Assembly: GCA_964016885.1 (NCBI GenBank)
Contig: OZ024750.1
Span: forward strand, 17,422,001 to 17,486,000
DNA from: Eledone cirrhosa
Lineage: Eukaryota
Length of the DNA: 64,000 nt
Direction of reading: 5' to 3'
Made by a program: the position numbers and the translations under genes. Below the pieces are notes generated by a model. It did not search any database and was not told the origin of the DNA. It worked only from the letters and a program-made list of their open reading frames with translations. Below, piece by piece: positions 43,001 to 52,961 of the stretch; position 1 is the first letter of the stretch, and every line of letters starts with the position of its first letter.

Positions 43001-43432
43001 ATCTAGGATTCCATTCCAGTCCCCCACTAAAAGCAGGGAACGCGACGTTCCTAGAAAAGTCTCCAGACGTTGGAAGAAGTCGGCTCTCTCCGCCCCGAAG
43101 GGAGCATAAAGACCGACCAGTCTGAAAGCCCCGCCTTCACCACCTCCGACGTCCAGCACCAGTAATCGACCCCCCGGGTCCGAGTGAACAATCTGTACGT
43201 CGAGAGTCAGACGTTTATCCAGCAGTACGGCAACTCCCCCCCCGCCTCCGGGTTGACAGAGAGATGCGTGCATCTCAAAGTCATCGAAGGCGGGCGCCAG
43301 CTGTCTCACGCTGCTGATCCGACTCTCGCAAACAACCATCACATCTATACTTTGTGACCTGAGGTCACTTAGAAGCTTTGCTTGCTTCCAAGCTGAGCTC
43401 AGGCCACGCGCGTTCAAACAGCCAACTCTCAA
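40004..43432 (-). CDS. LINE ORF2: APE endonuclease, reverse transcriptase and C-terminal CCHC finger (1142 aa; starts at TTG, not ATG)
   Basis: APE motifs LNARGL, CE, LYAP, VGDWN, SYLDRFL, SDHK. RT motifs KSPGLDG, NFRPITLLN, LDQSKAFDRV, IRQGCPLS, YADD, LLG. C-terminal CPRC...ETVAHALVHC. The frame is uninterrupted. Confidence 0.95.
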   Translation of the reverse strand: MRVGCLNARGLSSAWKQAKLLSDLRSQSIDVMVVCESRISSVRQLAPAFDDFEMHASLCQPGGGGGVAVLLDKRLTLDVQIVHSDPGGRLLVLDVGGGEGGAFRLVGLYAPFGAERADFFQRLETFLGTSRSLLLVGDWNGILDARWDYAGACPDRGGCSSLKGLLDRFDLVDRFRLDCPTAPTWTWANRSGQSRSYLDRFLVRSKDRDVFSCPELIMVGYSDHKLVTCVVNLDRTHRQGPGYWKMNLSLPTKKDYRNRISSLVKMRLTGAIVNSRWWISLKREIRVSSIGYSKELAANRNRRERELTDKLEEAIRSGDVARVLATRTALSQFFDAKHEGCVVRSKIRALGNEGTKAVSWARVTEAKSGIKSTIRSLRDQDGRVILEPERMCETFQRHYARLFGGGGGPDGDVDFGPYLDGLPRLSSGEAECCEGPITATEIGEALSQCSRRKSPGLDGLPYELYLAMPVLFSELLEAVYCNWQQNGRIPCSVTKGVVTLVRKDESKGDDLSNFRPITLLNAELQILAKVLTKRLALVVGGLVGDAQTCAIPSRSIHDNLHLMRYIIERVGYEPGFGGALINLDQSKAFDRVDHGYLDAVLAAAGFGPVFRGWISAMHSGNIYSRIKVNGYLSEPFQITRSIRQGCPLSSLLYVLTLEPLLRKLELLRGIPLEPGLHKAVSAYADDVTVMVADASEIGAIATLLEEYERLTGAKLNQDKSVGLQLGTWRGKPMPLDGVVGRWTEGPVKLLGVWFGPDLQVEKNWGEVTSRVFALTQKWAKCKLSLKGRAEVTNAYIASVIYYRLTVVPCPKEKLTIMERMLFQFLWKKRPPMVRRSICCQHPSKGGLGMPWLLMRRHALRLRHLQVFLNGQPVWAPFVRRAFPQLVSLTELQSWVKQRPRKLGNWHTECAQALTAIWQADPTVSGESTSTFYRGLVASRGDDTLGESLGMEEDELASLFGRTFGPGPMDNFQRSLAWQCYRGALPVREKLYRHGRPGRDPAKKICPRCVRDEETVAHALVHCPGVADLWGYVERLLSRVAPIRLTAESVVNIKPPPPFRNEAEAVFLCVIAMMKEVVWWTRLKGLRSGDFLSGHHLVYFFRYHFGRRIRMEREVLGPRQFYERWVKEARMARVNGPSLYIVL

Positions 43433-43437
43433 TTGAT

Positions 43438-45273
43438 CTATTTTGGTGTTGAAAGTGAAGAAAGAAAAGCACTTACCTCTCCGGGTGGCGTAATTTCCAT
43501 GGCATCAGGTGTGTTGGGTGGAGGGATGTTTTGTGGTGGTGTGGGGGTACACGTGTGTGGTGGGGTTGGGGTATTTGGAGTTGTGTCAGGGAGAGGGGCG
43601 GTTATGGGGAAATCTTTCAAGAGGACGCGATTCAACGGTTTTAAACAGGGGGGGCTCACGTCCCGTCTAAATTGTTCTTTTAAGGAACGATAAAGGTCCA
43701 GAGGGACCTTTATCATTTTTAAATGGGTGAAGTTCTCTGTTGAGATAAAGTTTGGCCCTTCGGTCTGCACCATAGGGTTATTGTTTATTAATTTAACCAG
43801 TTTTTTGTTTTCTTTATTTATATATGTGTATTGCAACGTCTTTTTTTGTGATGCTGTCAATGTTTCGGAGAGGGGAGGCGCAGATTTATTTTTGTTTGTT
43901 GAGGGTGGGGTGTTTTTGATTGGAGTTGGTGTTTGTGTGTGGGTTATTTGTGGTGTGCTGGGTGTGTGTTTTCTTTTTTTTCTTTTAACTTGTCTGAAGG
44001 CTTCTCCTCCTTCTTCTTCAGAAGTTGGGGGAAACTCTTCAGCGCTAGGTGGGAGGGACGTGTTGTGTGGTTGTTTTTTTTTTGCGGGAGGGGTAGATTT
44101 GTTACTGTTTTTTTTATTATTTGTTTGGAATGGGTTTTGTGGTGGTGGTGGTGGTAATGTTTGTGTCGTGCTTGTGGTTGGTAATGGTGGTGGTGATGTT
44201 TGTGTTGTGGTTGGTGGTGGTGATTTTTGTGTCGTGCTTGTGTTTGGTGCTGGTGGTGGTGATGTTTGTGTTGTGTTTGTGGTTGGTGGTGTCTGTATTT
44301 TGTTTGCTGTGTGTGGTATTAGTGTATTTTTGGAGGTGGGTGGTGCTGGTGTACTGTTTGTGGTGGGTGTGGGCAATAGTCCTTTTTGGGGGATACGTTT
44401 CGGGCAGTTAGCCTTAACGTGTCCCCTTTCCATGCATAAATAGCATGCTGGTCTTCTCCCCTCTACAATTATGTCTATTGGGGTAAGGTCATCCAGCCAG
44501 ATGCGATCCGGGATTTGTGCTATTCTTTCGGGCCTCATTTGGACTAGTATGTCGAGGCCCATTCCCAGGAACGCATCTCCAGTTGCCTTCCCCATTGACA
44601 GCATAGTGTCTTCGCCCATATCAATGAAGCCAGCAATAGCCCACCAGAAGTCCATTGTGGGCAGCATTGTTTTTACTTTTATTCTCTGAGTTCTTCTACC
44701 CATGTAGGAGGGATAGAAGCTATATGTTGTCGACGAGAGTGGGCTTAGGGAAAGCTGAACCGCCGTTTCTTTGTCTCTTGTTAGGACCGAAATGCTGCCA
44801 TAGAGTCGGTCCTTTCGTATGAAGAGAATATTCTTCATATAGTCTTTTAGGACTAACTCTATTTCCATTTGGCTGGGCTGTGCTGGCTTTCTTGACTGGT
44901 TTAGTATAGTTCTGTATATAACTGTGTTTTCTGCTCTGGCTTTCTTGAATTCTGGGGGGGAGTTAATGGAAAACATTCCGTTTTCCCCCAAAACAATATG
45001 TTTCTTTGCTTCGGCCAGTTTTTCTCTGGCGGCAGTTAGGTCAATTGGTGTGTATGTAATGGATTGCTTTGTTTTCTGGGCGAAAGTTGCCCTGTCGTTA
45101 TTTGTATTATTTTCTGTTTGTTTGTTTTCTGTTTGCTCATTTTCCTTAACATTTGTTTTTTCATTTTGTTTGTTTGTTTCAATGTCTAATTTTGTTGTAA
45201 TTATTTTTTGTTCTTCAGACTTGGGGGGCGTGGCAGAGCTAATGGCAGACATGTCTGCCATCTTTTCCGCCAT
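43438..45273 (-). CDS. LINE ORF1: gag-like nucleic-acid-binding protein with a zinc knuckle (611 aa from the first ATG)
   Basis: CYLCMERGHVKANC fits CX2CX4HX4C. There is a Pro/Thr-rich tail and a basic QVKRKKRK segment. The first ATG at 45273 is in AGCATGG context; the ORF-track start at 45300 is a TTG. Confidence 0.88.
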   Translation of the reverse strand: MAEKMADMSAISSATPPKSEEQKIITTKLDIETNKQNEKTNVKENEQTENKQTENNTNNDRATFAQKTKQSITYTPIDLTAAREKLAEAKKHIVLGENGMFSINSPPEFKKARAENTVIYRTILNQSRKPAQPSQMEIELVLKDYMKNILFIRKDRLYGSISVLTRDKETAVQLSLSPLSSTTYSFYPSYMGRRTQRIKVKTMLPTMDFWWAIAGFIDMGEDTMLSMGKATGDAFLGMGLDILVQMRPERIAQIPDRIWLDDLTPIDIIVEGRRPACYLCMERGHVKANCPKRIPQKGLLPTPTTNSTPAPPTSKNTLIPHTANKIQTPPTTNTTQTSPPPAPNTSTTQKSPPPTTTQTSPPPLPTTSTTQTLPPPPPQNPFQTNNKKNSNKSTPPAKKKQPHNTSLPPSAEEFPPTSEEEGGEAFRQVKRKKRKHTPSTPQITHTQTPTPIKNTPPSTNKNKSAPPLSETLTASQKKTLQYTYINKENKKLVKLINNNPMVQTEGPNFISTENFTHLKMIKVPLDLYRSLKEQFRRDVSPPCLKPLNRVLLKDFPITAPLPDTTPNTPTPPHTCTPTPPQNIPPPNTPDAMEITPPGEVSAFLSSLSTPK

Positions 45274-45474
45274 GCTGCCAAGAAAGAAATTTTTCGGCAA
45301 AAATAGATATTTATTTTACCCCCTAAAAAGGGGGTAAATGCAAAAATGTTTCCCTAAATAACAGGGGTTAGTGTTCCAAATGTGTTGCACTAAAAAATTT
45401 ATCCGGTACTTACAATAGTAAGGGTAAATCCCGATGGAATAGCGGAGCCGATGCGAAGCGTGTCTTACTCTATC

Positions 45475-45508
<34 letters not shown>

Positions 45509-46080
45509 TACTGATCAACAGCATTCCAGTCGCGACATTTTTATCTTTCATTCAGACACAATCTATTGGATATTGAGATATCCAATATGTTCATCAGTCA
45601 TATGTTAAGATGGTTGGTGGCAAATATGACTGCTATTTCCAGCAGGTAAATCGACCATATAGAACCTCCCTTCTCGTGTGTGTCAATAAATAAATGTCTT
45701 TTGAGATTTCCTTCTGTCCATTTGGCTTTTGGCTTAAATCCCGCTGGATGTGACACTGTATTGTAAGTACTTCCTAGGGTCGATGATAGAAACATGTGTC
45801 ATATGGGGTGATCGATTGTCAAGTCAACTTCAGTTTTATTGGAGATTAATGTACTGTAGTTCTGTGATATGGGAAAACAGAGAGAGAGAGAGAGAGAAGC
45901 GGAAGGGCTGGGGGTGGCAAACATGTGTGCGCGTGCGTATCACTGTATCTAACATATATATATGCATGTTATGTATATACATACACGCACGCACACACAC
46001 ATACACACACACACATATATATATATATAAACAATGAGATATTTATTGATTTATATATATATATATATGTAATAAACAAA

Positions 46081-46150
46081 ACAATACAATTATTCCATTT
46101 ACCAAAGGTTTCACGACGACAACCTTTGGTAAACGGAATAATTGTATTGT
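46081..46150. repeat. 30-bp inverted repeat retaining a hammerhead 3' half (GAA-ACC-TTT-GGT-A on minus)
   Basis: ACAATACAATTATTCCATTTACCAAAGGTT / AACCTTTGGTAAACGGAATAATTGTATTGT, next to a TA repeat. Confidence 0.55.
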
Positions 46151-46292
46151 GTTGATTATTACATAATTAAATAGCTCTGTAGCATACATCGAGCACTCTC
46201 CTTTACTTTACTCTTTCTACGGAAATACTTCATATATATATATATGAAGTATTTCCGTATGTGTGTGTAATATAATATTATATATATATATA

Positions 46293-46364
<72 letters not shown>

Positions 46365-46486
46365 CGTATATATATATATATATATATAGACAGTCGATCG
46401 ACTTTCGTCAAATTGGACCGAGGAAACAATGTTTCCATTGGTCTTTCCAATTGCTAATACTATCTATCGGTCGCAACTCCAGGTAG

Positions 46487-46606
46487 AAGGAGCAACGTTA
46501 AATAAAGTGTCTTGCTCAAGGACACAATGCATCGCCAGGTTCGGGAATCGAACTCACAACCTCACGATTGCGAATCCAATTCTCTAACCAGTCAGCCACG
46601 CGCCTT
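46487..46606 (-). mobile_element. tRNA-derived CORE-type SINE head (second SINE family)
   Basis: Minus strand: A-box GTGGCTGACTGG, B-box GAGTTCGATTCC, then GTGTCCTTGAGCAAGACACTTTA, which resembles a CORE domain. Confidence 0.65.
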
Positions 46607-46699
46607 ATATATATATAATGGGTGGATTCCCGGAGGGTATCGATAGGTAAAAAGGGTACTCACATTAATAGACTATAGACTTCTGTATTTTATATAGAA

Positions 46700-46781
46700 A
46701 TGACCTTTACAGGACCAGAACTGTTTCGTATAAAATCTTGATGATTTCATGCGAATGAAACAGTTCTAGTCTTGTAAGTCA
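46700..46781 (+). ncRNA. Family-C hammerhead variant (46738-46780) within a fold-back
   Basis: TTGATGA-T-TTC-ATGC-GAA-T-GAA-ACAG-TTCTAGTC-TTGT-A; the upstream TACAGGACCAGAACTGTTTC is its inverted copy. Confidence 0.55.
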
Positions 46782-47263
46782 TTATATGAAATTAAGATAT
46801 ATGTGTATGAACATGTGTGTTTGTGTGTGTAAGTGTATGTATATGTCTGTAAATGTATTGCATTTGCGATTGTATGTGTGTATGTGTGTATGTGAGTGTG
46901 TATGTGTGTGTATGTGTGTGCGTATATGTGTGTATGTGTGTATGTGTGTATGTGTGTGTATGTGTGTGCGTATATGTGTGTATGTGAGTGTTTATGTGTA
47001 TGTGTGTATGTGTGTATGTGTGTGTGTGTGTGTATGTGTGTGCGTATATGTGTGTATGTGAGTGTTTATGTGTATGTGTGTATGTGTGTATGTGTGTGTG
47101 TGCGTGTATGTGTGTGCGTATATGTGTGTATGTGAGTGTTTATGTGTATGTGTGTATGTGTGTATGTGTGTGTATGTGTGTATGTGTGTGTGTGTGTGTA
47201 TGTGTGTGTATGTGTGTGTATGTGTGTGCGTATATGTGTGTATGTGAGTGTTTATGTGTATGT

Positions 47264-47294
<31 letters not shown>

Positions 47295-47300
47295 AGTGTT

Positions 47301-47370
<70 letters not shown>

Positions 47371-47524
47371 TGTGTGTGTGTGAGTGACTAGAATGTTAGA
47401 GAGTTGTAGTAAATAATGCTTGTGGTAATTATTCATGACAGACTGTTCTGGGTTCAATTCCCACCGGAACAGACCTTGCATTCCATTATTTCACGATCGA
47501 TGAAATAAGCAGCAGCAACCACAG

Positions 47525-48395
47525 TACACCACCACCACCACCACCACCATGACCATCACCACCATGACCACCACCACCACCACCATGACCATCAACACCA
47601 TCACCACCACCACCACCATGACCATCACCACCATGACCACCACCACCACCACCACCAACATGACCATCAACACCATGACCATCACCACCACCACCACCAT
47701 GACCATCAACACCATCACCATCACCACCACCACCACCACCATCTGCATCGCATACAGTACCGCATACAACCCCCCCCCCCCCCACCAGCACCACCATTAC
47801 TACCTGCACCACATACAGCATCACCACCATCACCACCACCATCACCACCTCCATCACATACAGTACCACATACAACACCACCACCACCTGCATCATATGC
47901 AGTACCGCATACAACACCCCCACCCCCACCACACCACCACCACCACCACCACCACTATAACCACCGTCACTACCACCAACACCACCACTACCACCACCAC
48001 CATCACCACCTCCATCACCACCACCACCACTATTACCACCACCAACACTACCACCAACACCACCACCACTATCACCACCACCACCAACACCTCCATCACC
48101 ACCACCACTATCACCACCACCACCACCACCACCACCACCACCACCACCACCACCATCACCACCATCATCACCACCACCATTATTACCACCAACACCAATA
48201 TCACCACCACCACTATCACCACCACCACTATCACCACCACCACCACCACCACCATCACCACCATCACCACCACCACCATTATTACCACCAACACCAATAT
48301 CACCACCACCACTATCACCACCACCACTATCACCACCACCACCACCACTATCACCACCACCACCACCACCACCATCACCACCATCACCACCACTA
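47525..48395. repeat. (CAC/CAT)n compound trinucleotide repeat
   Basis: Directly visible; similar tracts at 57188-57680 and 59865-60657. Confidence 0.9.
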
Positions 48396-48930
48396 TTTAC
48401 ATTATATTTTCCACATATAGAAAATATGTAATTAAACAGTGTTTAGATTCTGGGGTATCTGGTGATGTTTAGAGTTGGTCAATGGTAAATACAAGACATT
48501 CTTCACAATGGAAAATAGATATGAGGTGCGGTGGTATGGAGGAGATAGGCGAGGCTGAATTATTAAAATGTTTGCTTTCAACGGTGGGAATTTCAGTTGT
48601 TTGATGAACGAAACGGACTGCTTGAAAATGGCTAAGTATTCCACAGGCGTATGTGGTGGACTCTTAATATAATTCTCGGCCAGAATCAGCATGACACAAT
48701 GTGTGACAACGTTCGACTTTTGAATTTCAGCAATAGTCCATCTTGTATTAACAAGATAACAGCTAAATATTTCACAGACATGTACAACTTTAACGTAGTT
48801 GTCAGGGAGATTCAACGTGACACAATATGAAAGTAATATTTCATCTTGTATTAACAAAAAGACTGGATCTTCAAAACATTTCTTATTAGGTTAAATTGTT
48901 TTTTCATTAAAACTCCTGCATGCTGATTTT

Positions 48931-49053
<123 letters not shown>

Positions 49054-49298
49054 TTATATATATTATATATATATATTATATATATTATATATATTATATA
49101 TATTATATACATTTCTGCTCTGAGGAAACAGTGGTCACAGCATTGGATATTTGAGTTCTGCAAGTACTTGTGAATTTGCACGTAGCATAACTAGGCTGCA
49201 GTACCACCGTGGAAACACTTGTAAGCACACGGAATAAATTACCTTTTTATGATGTCTACCTGTTATTATTCATTCTTTATATATATATATATATATAT

Positions 49299-49482
49299 AA
49301 CGAAGGAAATGTGGTAAGGAACCAGGTGGAACATAACGCACCAAAGTACTCAATACTTGAGGTAGTAGAGTGGGTAATAGGAACCAGTAAGACCCCGACA
49401 GCTGAGCTCAAGCCGTTTCGACGGCTAATTCTGAATTAGCCGTCGAAACGGCTTGAGCTCAGCTGTCGGGGTCTTACTGGTT

Positions 49483-49486
<4 letters not shown>
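49299..49486. mobile_element. Family-A fold-back element in (TA)n
   Basis: Perfect ~54-bp inverted repeat TAGGAACCAGTAAGACCCCGACAGCTGAGCTCAAGCCGTTTCGACGGCTAATTC / GAATTAGCC...TTCCTA. Confidence 0.85.
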
Positions 49487-49527
<41 letters not shown>

Positions 49528-49529
<2 letters not shown>

Positions 49530-49811
49530 CTCAGAGCTGTACGGGAGCCTCCCAAAAGTCAGCTCGAAAGTAGCAGAGAGGAGACTGAGGTTAGCTGGAC
49601 ATGCTCACCGACATCCAGAGTTGACACTGCACTCAGTGCTCCTGCGGGAGCCCCATGCATGGACACACTGCAAGAGGAAGACCGAGGTTGACATATGTTG
49701 ATGCCCAAAGGACAGACATTGGTCTCTTGGAGGCGCAGGACATGGCAGCGATGATGAGGAACAGAGACCGCTGGAGAGAACTCGTCCATGGATCTCGGGA
49801 ATTTTACCCGT

Positions 49812-49814
<3 letters not shown>
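49528..49814 (+). mobile_element. Frameshifted RTE-clade LINE 3' fragment
   Basis: NSELYGSLPKVSSKVAERRLRLAGHAHRHPE / HGHTARGRPRLTYVD / MRNRDRWRELV. Confidence 0.8.
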
Positions 49815-49873
<59 letters not shown>

Positions 49874-50461
49874 AAGAGAGGATAAGACAACGAACTAAAA
49901 ACAATGCAAAACGAAAAACCAATTTTTTAAGGGGAAACCTCAAAAAAATATTTTTTAAAAATAAAGATACAAACGAAGGCCACATAACTCGAGGGTCATC
50001 GGCCGTTGAGATGGACTTTGACAGTTTCGACCCCTACCAACGGTACTGCTGGTCCACCCGGGGTCACAGTGTCTGACACAAGCCAAACGTTGTCCAGTGG
50101 AATAAGAGACGAGAGACAAAACATTACACTGGGATAATTGCTGGCCTTGTGCCGAAAGTAGAAACAATTAATTTATAGCAATTAAGCTACAACAAGTACA
50201 CATACAATTTTATCTGACGCCAGGGGAAACGTGTGGTGCCTCTTATAGAATGAGAGTCTTAGGAATGAAACAAAGGATAAAAAGGAGGGAAAAAGTCAAG
50301 AAGCAAGTAAGATGTCGTGTTAAAAATGCAAGCCATTGAAATTAATGGGGTGAGAAGAAATAACACGTTCGTGTGTGTGTGCGTATGTGTGTGTGTGTGT
50401 GTATGTGTGTGTGTATATGTGTGTGTGTGTGTGCGTATGTATGTGTGTGTGTGTGTGTGTA

Positions 50462-50504
<43 letters not shown>

Positions 50505-50576
50505 GCGTGTGTGTGTGTGTGTGTATGTATGTGTGTGTGTGTGTGTGTGCGTGTGCGTGTGTGTATGTGTGTGTGC

Positions 50577-50622
<46 letters not shown>

Positions 50623-50642
50623 AGTAAACCCAGAGCAATATA

Positions 50643-51228
50643 ATAATTGTTTCTACTTTTTGGCACAAGGCCAGCAATTACCCCAGTACATTACTGGTAC
50701 TTTATTTTATCGACCCCGTAAGGATGAAAGGCAAAGTTAACTTCGGCGGGATTGGAACTCAGACTGTAAAGGGCCGTAACTCTATGTTGCAAAGCGTGGT
50801 GTCTGGCGCTCTACCGACACTGCTAAACCACCGCCATTATAATAATTGTTTCTACTTTAGGCACAAGGCCAGAAATTACCCAGTGCATTACTGGTACTTT
50901 ATTTTATCGACCCTGTAAGGATGAAAGGCAAAGTTAACCTCGACGGGATTTGAACTCAGACTGTAAAGGACCGTAACTCTTTGCTACAAAGCATGGCGTC
51001 CGGCCCTCTACTGGTACTACCAATCCACCGCCCTCACTGCCCTTATAATAATTGTTTCTACTTTAGGCACAAGGCCAGCAATTACCCAGTGCATTACTGG
51101 TACTTTATTTTATCGACCCCGTAAGGATGAAAGGCAAAGTCAACCTCGGCGGGATTTGAACTCAGATCGTAAAGGGACGTAACTATGCTGGAAAGCATGG
51201 CGTCCGACCCTCTACCGATACTGCCAAT
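50643..51228 (-). mobile_element. Three tandem full-length tRNA-derived SINEs (~50643-50836, 50842-51030, 51047-51228)
   Basis: Each has a tail, central domain, B-box and A-box on the minus strand. Confidence 0.9.
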
Positions 51229-51646
51229 GAACTGTTAGTTTAACTCTTGATGTAGGAGTGTCATGGCATGAAACATAACTATTTACTCCTGTTTCATAAA
51301 CATCATAACAAATACCAGGTTAATTTTTTTTAATTTTCGGGCCATTAACCTCATTTTTTTTAGAGATGGAAAAGTTTCAAGTGCGTTAGTCAAAAATAAA
51401 TAACAAAAAAAGCAAAGCAAAAATCAGAAACCCAAAATAGATTTTTTTTCTTCTTCTTTAGTATTGTGAGTCAGTCGATCTATTCTACTGATGGGACCCA
51501 CTATAATAATCTGGCACATCACAGAAGATCCGAACTGCCAATGCCATCGCCTCCATCTCTCTCTCCCTCCCCATCTCTTTGTATTATGAGCAGATGGGGT
51601 CCCACGTGCTGGCCGCCCCACAGCCCCGGCGTACAGAATGGAGAAG

Positions 51647-51850
51647 ACTGAATCAGGCCTGACCAGGGGTTAAACAACAACAATATCTTTGATCATATGT
51701 CTGCTGAATCAAGCCTGACCAGGGGCTAAACAACAACATCTTTCATCATAAGTCTGCTGAATCAGGCCTGACCAGGGGTTAAACAGCAACAATATCTTTG
51801 ATCATATGTCTGCTGAATCAAGCCTGGCCCTGGGCTAAACAATAGCAACA
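51647..51850. repeat. ~55-bp tandem repeat x4 (CTGAATCAGGCCTGACCAGGGGTTAAACAACAAC...)
   Basis: Directly visible, with alternating variants. Confidence 0.8.
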
Positions 51851-52319
51851 ATTTCGTGTTACAATTTTATTTTTCTTGCAAGATGTGAAATCGTATGTTA
51901 AAACAGATGTAGTTTAGGAGGTTCATACTGCCAATCAAAACATTTCGGTTTTATTATCAATTAATTATATAACTAGTTAATTAAATGATTAATCACTTAA
52001 TTAAATAATTGTTTTATTAATTATCTAATTGATTGGTAATATAACTTGAGGGCAATACGACCAGAGCATAGAGAGCTTGGAAAAAAAACGCCACAAAGTA
52101 TTCTTTCTGACGCCATAACGACTTTGCCAATTGGACGCTTTTAAAATATAAACAAAATTATAGGCAGACACGATTTACTTATTGTATGTATGAGTGTGTG
52201 TATGCATGCATGTATGTATGCGCATGTGTATGTACGTACGTATGTATATATGTATGTACGTATGTATGTATATATGTATGTATGTACGTATGTATGCACG
52301 TATGTATGTATGTACGTAT

Positions 52320-52928
52320 GTCAGGTCACCAGTTGGTGTTACTGGTAACATGTATCCCAGTACAACCTGTCTCATGGTCGGGTCGTTGGCGACTAAACTG
52401 GCAACCCCACCAAGGTTTCTTGGTGAGGAGGGTGACTTTGGACATCCTGCAGGACTAAAAACAAAACCTGTCAAAGGGCAAAGGCGCTCTTAAGAGTCAA
52501 TGGCCATCCAAAATCACCGGGAGAGATGGCCCCTTAGCCTTTGTCAAGGCAGAATTCTAGGAGAAGGAAAACTCTGATATAACACCTGCAACCCTGATGG
52601 TATCCAATGATGGTGACTTGTTCTTCTTTTTGGTAAATATCATCTTGGTTAAGAGAGTGGGACTGGCTTTGTGCAGCGCCTTTGCTCACTATAAAAGCTT
52701 CACGGCACAGGCATTGCTTTATATCTGGAGATCTCTCTGCACTTGTCGTCACATGGTACCATGGGCCCAGCACTATGTGTCAATAATTGTCACAAGTGTA
52801 GTGTTTGTACCAGAGTTTTCAAGTCGCTGGCTGGACTAAAAAGTAACACTCGTTCAGCGCATCGGTAGGGGGTTCTCCTACATGGATATAAAGTAGTGGC
52901 CGTACTCGAAAACGAGTTGGCAGCCACC
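52320..52928. mobile_element. Full ~609-bp non-coding element in (TATG)n
   Basis: GTCAGGTCACCAGTTGG...GAGTTGGCAGCCACC, with (TATG)n flanks. Confidence 0.9.
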
Positions 52929-52961
52929 ACCACCATGTACGTATGTATGTATGTATGTTAT

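Larger units (their letters stand above)
39772..45475 (-). mobile_element. Full-length L1/Tx1-type non-LTR retrotransposon (~5.7 kb) inserted in a (GATA)n tract
   Basis: Has a 5' UTR, ORF1, ORF2 and a 3' UTR with AATAAA (39780-39785, minus). (GATA)n lies at 39730-39771 and 45476-45508. GC content is clearly higher than in the flanks. Confidence 0.93.

Noticed and set aside
43438-43476. GTAAGT...pyrimidine tract...TAG mini-intron at the end of ORF1 that might fuse ORF1 to ORF2
   Set aside because: It is only 39 nt, and its removal keeps the ORF1 frame (ATC AAT TGA), so it gives no fusion.
40251-45337. Short antisense or alternate-frame ORFs inside the LINE
   Set aside because: They are shadows of the GC-rich or low-complexity ORF1/ORF2 sequence.
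46390-46460. Possible hammerhead (GAA-AGTCGATCGACT on minus)
   Set aside because: The cleavage position is G and no CUGANGA is found.
50208-50240. CTGACGC...GAAACGTG hammerhead-like string
   Set aside because: The core is mismatched and no stems form.
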